Shown here in pieces: positions 24,593 through 35,610 of a stretch of DNA of 64,000 nt; the stretch's first letter is position 1, and the number at the start of each line of letters is the position of its first letter. The notes under the pieces are model-generated. The model made no database searches. It was not told the origin of the DNA and saw only the letters and a program-made list of their open reading frames with translations. Location: the NCBI RefSeq assembly GCF_009914755.1, contig NC_060935.1. One strand, written 5' to 3'. This stretch comes from the human T2T-CHM13v2.0 reference genome, Homo sapiens. Position numbers and translations under genes: made by a program.

Positions 24593-27404
24593 TGCCCTTG
24601 TGGCTGCATACCCATAGTTTGGTAGCCCCCCGTTCCAGCGATGGATCCAGAGGCTGGCCCAAGTGGCCACCTAGTTCTCTTGGACTGGGGGCTGACTCTG
24701 TTACCATCTCTACTGGCAGGACACTGCCGACCGAACATGTATGTATTTATTTGCATTAGAGAAATAATCCGGGGAAGACATCTCTTAACTGTAGCCCTAT
24801 CACAGGGTATCTGTCTGTAGCCACATAGTGGGGTGTCTATCTGCAGCCCCATTGTGGGGTGTCTGGGTTAGTGAGTATTCTAGGCACTGCCAATGGCTTT
24901 TCCTTCTCCAGACTGGTTCAGAAGCCCCATGGTGGGGTATCTATCTGTAGTCTCATGGTGGGATGTCTGTTTATAGCTCCAGCATAGGGTGTCTGTCTTG
25001 GTTTGGCTCCTTCAGTGGTCTCAGTTTGTCTGTAGCCCCATTGTGGGACATCCGTCTTGGTTTGGCTCCTGGGGGGTGTCTCAGTTGGCTCTCCCTAACT
25101 ACTAGGAAAAGTCTTGGTTCAGGAGACTTCTCCTCAATCAGGAAGATTTTGGGGATATTTCTCAGACAGAGAATAGGAGGATAGTTTGGAAGGAATACTC
25201 TTGGAGTTCTTGGTTAAGGATCTGATTTGGAAGGCCTTCTGTCTGTTTTGTCTTTGTGTGTTTTTGTGAATGTGGAGGGGATCTCAGAAAGAATTGCTGA
25301 TGGAAGTCTAGCAGCCCTAACTCAGAGAATCCTCCTTATTGGTCTGGCCACATTCTGTGAGCCCTGAAGAAAGCTCAACAGGCCTGTCTCAGGGTGACCA
25401 TTTGCTCTTCACCTTGCCCAGAGACTACCCATTGTGAATTACAATTCCGAGGTGATCTCTCCCCACCTGGAGTGGATAGAAGACAACAAGGACCAATGAG
25501 AGAAAGTTTGAGCTTTGCCAGGTTACTATTGGGTGCTAAATGAGGTAACTCTGTTTTGTTATGTGTACTTTGCTGGGATGGAAAATGTTAATTCAGTTGC
25601 TCATGCAGCCCATTGGGCAGCGTCTTGCAAAATAAGTTTCTTTTGCCTATAGTTCCATAAAACAGAAAAGGGTGATTTTCTTTTATAAAGTGGCTTGACT
25701 GTCACAGCTATGGCATTTGTTCTCTGGAAGCTGCAGAAAAAGGGAACCCAGAAACCTGGTATGCCAGTGAAAAGGGTAAGAAATTCTGGTGAAAAGGGTA
25801 AGAAATTCTTACCACTGGTGCCTTTCTGGTCTCTCTCTTTCTCTCTCTCTGTCTCTCTCTCTCACTCTCTCTTTGTGAGTGTAAGGGGTAAATGTCACTA
25901 TTTGTCTCCTGCAAGAGTTTGATCAATAGAGAAAAGGATTTGTAAGATTAGTCATAGGCCATGACAAATCTGGTGCACTTTTGCTAAGAATTTATCTTTC
26001 TTTGTTGTTCTGCAATGGGGAGACAGGTATCACAGGATAGAACAAGAGTTTACAACCCCTAAAAGCCTGCTTTACAAGCTAGTCCAGCAGGCTGGTCAGT
26101 TTTAAACTTTACTGTGGGTCCCTGAAACCAATACTAGATAAAATTTCTCTGTCTGGTTTTGTGTCCTTAAGAGCTTAACCTTGTGATCATGTGGGGACAC
26201 TTTCTCTTGGTCTCCACCATCCACAAGGCAGGAATGTTGGGGTTCATGTATAGTTAGCCCTACAAATTTTCTTGAGCAGTGAAAAGCTTTCCCAAGCTTG
26301 AAATTGGCTGCTATAGACTTCTTCTGTGAAGGGCAACAGAAACTGCTTGATGCTGTGTAGCTCAGTAGCTAAGACTTTGTGTTTTTGACAATGGCAATCT
26401 GGGTTCAATTCTTGGCTTCTGGAATAAATCCTTTCTGATTTGTTATTTGTTAACTTTGCTATTAATCAAATGGTTTTTTGTTTTGTTTCCCCCCATGGAT
26501 AGCTTTTGATTTCATGTCTTGGATTTTCCTTTCTCTAAACTACCCTCAGGGAGATCCTAAACATTGTAAAAATAATAATAAAATAAAAAATAAACTGCTT
26601 ACCATCTATTTGAAACATCTTATGCATCCATGGTTAATTTATGACCTTAGTTAAAACTTATTAATTTCATGTGGGAAGTTACTTGTGGTAGAATAAAAAA
26701 GCCAGAAATATTGGCTGTATGGGCTAGAATCTGGTAATAAGAGATTTGAACAGTTTTTTTTTTTAAGGAAAAGTAGCTCTATGGTTAAAATATCAGTAAT
26801 AATTATAATTGTTATGTAAAATTATTGTGTGCCACAGAGGTAACACATTTTCTTGTCAATTGTCTTTAACAGTGACTGTCCTAAGATATTTCATGATCCA
26901 TAGACAATTGTCTTATTTCAATCCTCTTTTATTGGTGATTTATAATCAGCTATAAAATGACTTGTGCTCTTGAATGCAAGTTTCTGATAACTTTGGAGGT
27001 TGTGACATTAGAATAAAGGGAAAAAACTTTCAGGACTCCTATGGAGAGCTGAAATGTTCATGAATATCAAGCAGAACAGGAGTTAACTGAAATGTTTATG
27101 AATATCAAGCAGAACAGGAGTTAACTGAATGGAGTGAACTAATAGAAAACTGATGTAATCTTCTTTTTGACTTTTTTTGCTTAAAACATTGCTGATAGTT
27201 TCTGTTTTCCAGAGCCAATAAAACTTTTCTTTTGAGCTATCTGCAGCTTTTAACAATTGAGTGAAATATACTCCTGTGAGCAAAATTTGGAGCATGTTTG
27301 TTTCTCTCTGCCTGATTTCTCCAGAATTTGGAAACTATTTGTGAGTATTCTCAACTTAAGGCAGTAGAGTTATTTGCAAAAGTGCAATAAGAACCGTTTA
27401 TCTG

Positions 27405-27704
<300 letters not shown>

Positions 27705-28653
27705 AAGAACCTGTTTTCTTTTGTAACAGGACACAATTGGGGAAACTGATTATTTTACCAAGGATTTGAATGACTTGATTTCCTTTAAGGAATCAAACTT
27801 GACTTTTATAGCCAATAAAAGCCCCTTGGGAAAACTGGCCTCATACCTTGCATACATAGTCCCTGTATAGGGTTCCTGATTTATGGTAAGTAAAGAATGT
27901 CACTTTCTAATAGGCCCAGTAGTCCTAAGTTATCTTTGGGCCTCAAAAGGAAAGAAATTTACCCAACTCATAGGCATTTGGGGGTACAAACCCATGGTTT
28001 GGCTCAGCTTTAAAAAAGTCTTATCTCAGATTCCTTATGAAACAGAGTTCCATCAAAGACAATTTAAAAAGCGCATGTGAAAAATAATTATTCTTGCTAT
28101 GCTTTATCAAATAATCAGGCTGAATAGAGTAAGACTAAAGTTTATTTGGTAAACAAGTCAGTTCTATCATGATTTGTTTTTGATAAAAATGGGGACTGGA
28201 GAGAGAAAAATTATGCTTCAAAAGAAAAATTATAGTACACCTGTTGTTAGCTGTTCTTGAGTGTTCTTGAGTTTTTCTGCAGTTTGAACTAAATCCTAAA
28301 TTCTTTGTGTGCTGCAAGTCCCCAAGCTAATGCTTTCAGATCTTTACTTTTAAAACTGGGAATTGCACTGTTTATCCTAGTAGTCAGTATTTACCTTATA
28401 GCATGCTATTTCCTTAAATATGGTACTAAAATTTTAGATGATAATATTAACACCTTTGCCATGGAAGCCTTGGAACCCCAGCCAGGCCTGCATAAGTATG
28501 CTTAGACAGTTGCAAAGCAGTTCAACTCCTCTCACCTTGGGGTCAACACCTATCCCCAATACACCTTTGGTCAGCAGGAAGAAGTGAGAGCAGGCTTAAC
28601 CCTTTTTCCATCTTCTTTAGCCAACACCTTAAGATTAAGGTGTTATAAAACCC

Positions 28654-28665
28654 AAAGGGAGGGAT
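28654..28665 (+). other. Polypurine tract
   Basis: aaagggagggat immediately before the TG of the 3' LTR. Confidence 0.85.
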
Positions 28666-29251
28666 TGAAACTGCCATTGCGAAATTGTAACTGAGACAGT
28701 GAAAGAGATCTTACCTAACCAACTCTGTCTTGCTTCTAACCTTCAAGCTGCCCTTGTTCATTCCTGGGTGTAGGCTGAAAACTTTGGGAGGAACTTAGTT
28801 TATAGTTTAAAACAAAGATGATAACAGCCCTTTCCGAAAACAAATCTCCTTCTTGCTGGAGGACGAGACTGCCTTTGTAGGTCTAATACATTAGCCACAA
28901 GATTAGAAATTATGGTTTGGGAGTCATGCAGCTGGAGGCTGCAAGATTCTGACCCTCCTTAAACAGCTCCTAAGATCAGTGCTTGAGATATTTTGCAGAC
29001 CCTGCACTTGATGGATCAGCTGGCACCACCCAGATGAATAAACTGGCTTATCTGATCTCGTGGCCCCAACCCAGGAACTGACCCAGTGCAAGAAGACAGC
29101 TTTGACTCCCTATGGTTTCATCTCTGAACTAACCAATCAGCACTCTTGACTCATTCGTCTTCCCCCACCTACCAAATTATCCTTAAGAACTCAGATCCCC
29201 AAGTGCTGGAGGAGACTGATTTCAGTAATAGTAAAACTCCAGTCTCCCACA
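28666..29251 (+). mobile_element. LTR8 U3-R (3' LTR lacking U5)
   Basis: Starts tgaaactgccattgcgaaattgtaactgagacagtgaaagagatc; stops at ...ctccagtctcccaca, then an A-rich tail. Confidence 0.88.
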
Positions 29252-29820
29252 AAGTAAATAAATAAATAAGTAAATAAATAAACATTCCTATTCAAACCAT
29301 AGAAAAAAGAGACTAAAATTTAAAAACATCAAAAACAAGAAGTACTATAAACTCATTTAGGTTTATAACTCACTCTCAGATTTCTTTTTGATTTGTTTTG
29401 CTTTGCTTTTATACCTAAGATAGATTTATTTTTCTGGATTGGCAAAGATATAGGAATCATAGTCCAGATAGAGTAAGATTAAAGTACAGTAGTTGTGCAG
29501 TAACAGAAAGGAAAGCATCTCTCCTGATTACAAGGATTGAGAGAGAGTACAATAAACTCTTTAAGAGGTTTTTCTAAGGCATAAAAGAAAAGGATATTTT
29601 TTTATTAAGTTCCTCAATATAATATTTTTAAGTCAACTATTGAATATAAGGCTAGACAGTCTCAAAGATGCAATTATCCCAAATTCAGAGCCAAGGTATT
29701 TAACAAGGCATATGTATTTATAAGGATTGATTGAGGTATTTGATCAGATAAATATATTAAATTTTCTCCCCACAAGATTTGGGAGGAAAAAGTCAACACA
29801 GTTACTTCATTAATAAGTTT

Positions 29821-29823
<3 letters not shown>

Positions 29824-29863
<40 letters not shown>
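29824..29863. repeat. (CA)n microsatellite
   Basis: About 20 perfect AC units. Confidence 0.97.
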
Positions 29864-29864
<1 letters not shown>

Positions 29865-31072
29865 ACATTGCTGCTTCCTAATTCATTCTAAAGATTTGCA
29901 TTATGCTAGTTTAAACCCAAGAGTAGTATCAGTAGCTAAAATGAAATTATTAGGGGCATTGTGGCTATAATTCATATGTTTCTGGTTTAGTGAATTTTCA
30001 TCATTCTAAAATGTCTGACCATAATAGAAAATGATTGCATAATTTTTCTTTAAAAATGTCTCTTCAGTTCATTGGACACATATAGCTTCATCCTTTCATA
30101 CCCATTTGAAAGTAGTTCAGAAAAAGTCACAAAGAAATTTACACCAATTTGGAAAATGTCAAGTACATTTAATATTATGTTTGACAGCTGATAAGCATAT
30201 TTCTTCATGCAATTTCTTTATTTTCTTTCTTCAGATATGAAGGCTTTTCCTCACATTAATATGTAGACTAGGCATCCATTAAATAGACCAGGCTTGTGAC
30301 TTCTTTGTAATAAACATATATCTTGGATTCTAAATTCTCTGTTCCCTTTGAGTCACCTGATGATTCTTTCTTGTCATATCTTTTTCATGGCCCATCCCAA
30401 AACTTCTCTGGCTGTTCCTGCCTTAGGAGCGTCAGGGATCTTAATAGCATATCTCAAATGATTGTGTATTGGTCCCTTTACCCAATCTCTACCCCTCCTT
30501 TCTACTAGATTGTTCTAGAGATCAGTACTCCTGTCTCTAAGCAGCTCACAATCTAAGAAAAACAAAAATACAGCTATCATAGAATATAGATAGTTGTATT
30601 TATGAATATGTTCAGAGAATATAGAATATAACTTAGTGACTTTTTAAAAAGTGCTTTGGTATCCGGATGAAAAATTGTTTGACTGCATCAAGGACATGGG
30701 AATGTCTGCATATTGTGGATGTCATTGTAGCTGGGCCTTGAGTTATGAGACGAGTGTGTTAGAAAAGGCAATTCACACAGCAGCTGAAGCAAAATTTTCC
30801 AAACAAGAAAAAGCACAGACTCGGCATAGAGTGAGAAGTATTTCACTGATTGTAGACTTTATCACATAGAATGTAAGGGGAGGGGAGCTACAGCAAGTAA
30901 TCGGTGCTGGAAAGGGAGGAAGAGGCCAGGCTGGAAGAGAAATTGAATGAATAATGAGGAGTTTTGGGGAAACCTAGGAATGCTTTTCAGAAATGATGAG
31001 AGTTTACTTGTACGAATATATGTTATTGAAGATTACAATTGGTAGCAGAAATCAGATTGCAAGTGTTTAAGT

Positions 31073-31272
31073 CAGGTGTTCTCAAACTTCAGGACATTTA
31101 AGAGTTATGTGGTAAACCTACTAAAACAAAGCTGCTGGATTCTCAATCACCTTGCGATGAGTGGAGCCCAGGGGATCTGCATTTTTAATAAACAGGCACC
31201 CCAGGAGATTAAATAAGCACCTCAGGTGATTCCTCTCGAGGTCACATAATCACCACACTTTGAGAAATGGTG
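31073..31272. mobile_element. MER5B-like MITE
   Basis: caggtgttctcaaactt...atctgcatttttaataa...accacactttgagaaatggtg. Confidence 0.7.
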
Positions 31273-31364
31273 TATTAAGGCATTTTTTAGAAAGTAAGTA
31301 GAGGCAGCAATAATACAATATAATTTTTATTCAATAAGTTGGGGATGAGGAAAACAAAAAATAG

Positions 31365-31520
31365 TTAAAAAATGGGCTCTGGAGTCAAACTGAAGATTTT
31401 CATTTTGGCTCCACCACTCATTTCTGTGGGACTTCAGAAAAATCATTCTGTGCTTGTCTTTCCACATGTAAAATGAGAGTAATCATAGCATCTCTCTGGC
31501 TCATAGAATGTTATAAGGCA
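31365..31520 (+). mobile_element. MIR
   Basis: tgggctctggagtcaaactg...ggctccaccact...tgtaaaatgagagtaat. Confidence 0.65.
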
Positions 31521-32224
31521 TATATGATGGCCTTATAAATTGCACTTTTTTCAAATATGCAAAGTCTCTACCCAGAAGATAAAGAAGAGATGTGTATACA
31601 AAAATTCAGTCTTGAATCTGGATCTCAGAGTTGGAAGAATAGATAGAATGAAAGACACAGGTGAGGCACACCTTGCTAAGAAAGAGACATGGTTCCTTTC
31701 CAGAAGCTGGGGCAAAGAGAGAAATAATTAGAGTTAAAAATGTATCCCCATTGTCCACCTGTGTACTGAAGTCTTGGAAACAAATGCACAAGTTTTCAAT
31801 AGAATTACTCCCAGCTTTCTCTGTAATGATAAAAAGATAATAATTTGCCTGAGCAGTTTTGAGTTTGTCCTCTATCATTACCATAAGTCCCTCAATTTCA
31901 GCAGATGTCTTCTCATTTTTTATTGAGGTCAAGGCCTATATGAATTTTATGTACACTTTCTCTACTTTTATACATTCAGTTACAGTATCTGTGGTTTTAT
32001 GGATCCTCTCTTCCCTTATTTCTGACATGACGGGAATCATCTCTCTTTTAAACTAAGTCCAATCCCTTTGCTTGGCCTTGAGTGACTCCCTTTCCATCTC
32101 CTCTGAAACACCTTGATCCATCAAGTTCCACTTCCTTCCATTTTTTATCTCTTTCTACTTTGTTCTCTTTCTCATACATTTGCTTACATCTCTGCAAACC
32201 TTCAAATAAAAAACAGTACCTTTA

Positions 32225-32527
<303 letters not shown>

Positions 32528-33125
32528 TTATCTTAATTTTTATGTTTCTATATTCATTTTTCTCTTTTGACCACAAGTATCTTGATAATAACTCTACTTC
32601 TGATGGTAACTGATTATTTATCAATTATCCAATCCAAATGCCTTTAATAAATCTTCTCTATCCCTTTCCTTCTCCTTTTCTGGTTTTTCTATGCAACTTG
32701 ACATTCTTTGCCTCATTTGTTTTGTCAAAACTCTCTCATCCTTTGGCTTTTATGTTCTTCCACGTATTCCTTTCTTGTGTTTTCTTTCTCTTCATAGTTT
32801 ATTTAAGGATTGAACGTAAGCATTCCCTAAACTCTTTGCTTTTGCTCTTTTCCTACTTTTATTTCTTCTTTTCTGTGATCTCACCCACTTATGTGATTGC
32901 AAGTATCACCTTCATTCCAGTAGCTTTCAGATCTAGACTTATATTGACTATCTCCATTATAATATCATGCAGGCATCTCAAACTTACCCTATATAAATGC
33001 CAACATCATCTTAAACTTCATATTTCACTCCAGAGTCCATACTGAGCTCTTTTTTCTGATGGCTGTTTCTATAGGAATGTTGCTATAGTTCTTCAAGTTA
33101 CCTGGGTTTAAAATACAGATGTCAC

Positions 33126-35334
33126 CTCAATAAATGCAGTAAAGGCCTTTGATAAAATGCAACATCCAGTTATGTCAAAAACTCTCAATAAATTAGGTAT
33201 TGGTGGAACATGTCTCAAAATAATAAGAGCTATTTATGAAAAACCCAAAGACAATATCATGTTGAAATGGCCAAAGCTGGAAGCATTCCCTTTGAAAACT
33301 GGTACAAGACAAGGATGCCCTCTCTCACCAATCCTATTCAACACATTATTGGAAGTTCTGGCCAGGGCAATCAGGCAAGAGAAAGAAATAAATCGTATTC
33401 AAATAGGAAGAGAGGAAATCAAGTTGTCTCTGTTTGAAGATGACATGATTTTATATTTAGAAAACCACATCATCTCAGCCCCAAAACTTCTGGAAGTGAT
33501 AGGCAAATTCAGCAAAGTCTCAGAATACAATATCAATATGCAAAAATCACAAGCATTCCTTTACATCAACAACAGGCAAGCAGAGAGCCAAATCATGAAT
33601 GAATTCCCATTCACAATCATTACAAAGAGAATAAAATACCTAGGAATACAGCTAACAAGTGATGTGAAGGACCTCTTCAAGGATAACTACAAACAACTGC
33701 TCAAGAAAATAAGAGAGAACACAAACAAATGGAAAAACATTCCATCTTCATGGATAGGAAGAATCAATATCATGAAAATTGATATACTGCCTAAACTAAT
33801 TTATAGATTCAATGCTATTCCCATCAAACTATCATTGACATTCTTCACAGAGTTACAAAAAACTATTTTAAATTGCATATGGAATCAAAGAAGACCCCAT
33901 ATAGAGAAGAGCATCTTAAACAAAAAGAACAAAGCTGGAGGCATCACGCTACCTGACTTCAAAATGTACTACAAGGCTACAGTAACCAAAATAGCATGGT
34001 ACTGGTACCAATACAGACATATAGACCAATGGAGCAGAACAGAGACCTCAGAAATAACACCACACATCTACAACCATCTGATCTTCGACAAACCTGACAA
34101 AAATAAGCAATGGGGAAAGGATCTCCTATTCAGTAAATGGTGCTGGGAAAACTGGCTAGCCATATGCAGAAAATGGAAGCTGGTCCCCTTCCTTACACTT
34201 TATACAAAAATTAACTCAAGATGGATTAAAGACTTAAATGTAAAACCCAAAACCATAAAAACCCTGGAAGAACACCTAGGCAATACCATTCAGGACATAG
34301 GCATGTGCAAAGACTTCATGACAAAAATGCCCAAATCAATTGAAACAAAAGCCAAAATTGACAAATTGGATCTAGTTAAACTAAAGAGCTTCTGCACAGC
34401 AAAAGAAACTACCATCAGAGTGAACAGGCAACATACAGAATGGGAGAAAAGCTTTGCAGACTACCCATCTGACAAAGGTCTAATATCCAGAATTTACAAG
34501 AAACTTAAACATAAAACAAGAAAAAACAACCCCATCAAAAAGTGGTCAAAGGATATGAACAGACACTTCTCAAAAGAAGACATTTACATGGCCAGTAAAC
34601 ATATGAAAAAAAGCTCAACATCACTGATCATCAGAGAAATGCAAATCAAAACTGCAATTAGATACCATCTCACACCAGTCAGAATGGTGATTGTTAAAAA
34701 GTCAGGAAACAATAGATGCTGGCGAGGCTGTGGAGAAATAGGAATGCTTTTACACTGTTGGTGGGAATGTAAATTAGTTCAACCATTAAGCAAGACAGTA
34801 TGGTGATTCCTCAAGGATCTAGAACCAGAAATGCCATTTGACCCAGCAAGCCCATTACTAGGTATATACCCAAGGAATATAAGTAATTCTACTATAAAGA
34901 TACATGCACACGTATGTTTATGGCAGCACTATTTACAATTGCAAGACTTGGAACCAACCCAAATGCCCATCAGTGATAGACTGGATAAAGAAAATGTGGT
35001 ACATATGCACCATGGAATACTATGCAGCCAGGAAAAGAAATGAGATCATGTCCTTTGCAGGGACATGGATGAAGCTGGAAGCTATCATCCTCAGCAAACT
35101 AACACAGAAACAGAAAACCAAACACCGCATGTTCGCATTCATAAATGGGAGTTGAACATTGAGAACACATGGACACAGAGAGGGGAACAACACACACCAA
35201 GGCCTGCTGGGGAGTGAGGGTTGGGAGAGGGAAATTAGAGGATGGATCAATAGGTGCAGCAAACCACCATGGCACACGTATACCTATGTAACAAACCTGC
35301 ATGTTCCCCCCTCTTTTTTTTAGAAGAAATAAAA
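33126..35334 (+). mobile_element. 5'-truncated L1PA (L1PA12-like 3' end)
   Basis: ORF2 3' half plus 3' UTR ending ...ttttttagaagaaataaaa; 16 bp TSD aaaatacagatgtcac (33110-33125) / aaaatagagatgtcac (35335-35350) at a TT/AAAA site. Confidence 0.93.
33157..34806 (+). pseudogene. L1 ORF2p C-terminal half (RT to CCHC), 549 aa open frame, catalytically defective
   Basis: [14 protein letters not shown] (canonical FADD), YLGI, CWRGC...HCWWEC; upstream SIDAEKAFD reads SINAVKAFD; premature TGA at 34804-34806. Confidence 0.9.
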
Positions 35335-35482
35335 AAAATAGAGATGTCACTTTGCCCTCTCCTAGTAATTCAATAATCATTTCCAAAATATTTTCAACAC
35401 TTTCAAATTTTATGTTGATAAAATCTTTAATTTTCTTTCCTTTAAATGTCATGGCTACTACCCCATTTCATACTCTACGAAC

Positions 35483-35610
35483 TACTGCATAAAGTCAAGT
35501 AAGTTGTGCATCGCACACTTTCAAGGGTTCCATTCACATAGAATAGGATTTGAATAGTGTTCCTTAATGTTTTGTACTGCAAAACCTGCAGAAATGCATG
35601 CAGCTTCCTT
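35483..35610. mobile_element. MER91-like palindromic MITE
   Basis: aagttgtgcatcgcacac...ccattcacatagaataggatttgaatagtg...tgtactgcaaaacctgca. Confidence 0.6.

Noticed and set aside
24411-24852. Overlapping ORFs at the ERV 5' end as gag
   Set aside because: They span U5, PBS and leader, mostly antisense, with no Gag motifs.
31606-31932. 108 aa minus-strand ORF that looks protein-like
   Set aside because: No recognisable domain, non-ATG start, partly overlaps degenerate L2 on the opposite strand.
32638-33045. 135 aa hydrophobic ORF resembling a membrane protein
   Set aside because: Product of T-rich L2 sequence (F/L/S bias).
33157-34806. Active retrotransposon or functional reverse transcriptase
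   Set aside because: 5'-truncated (no promoter, ORF1 or endonuclease), first catalytic Asp mutated and outside the ATG-started frame, C-terminus truncated.
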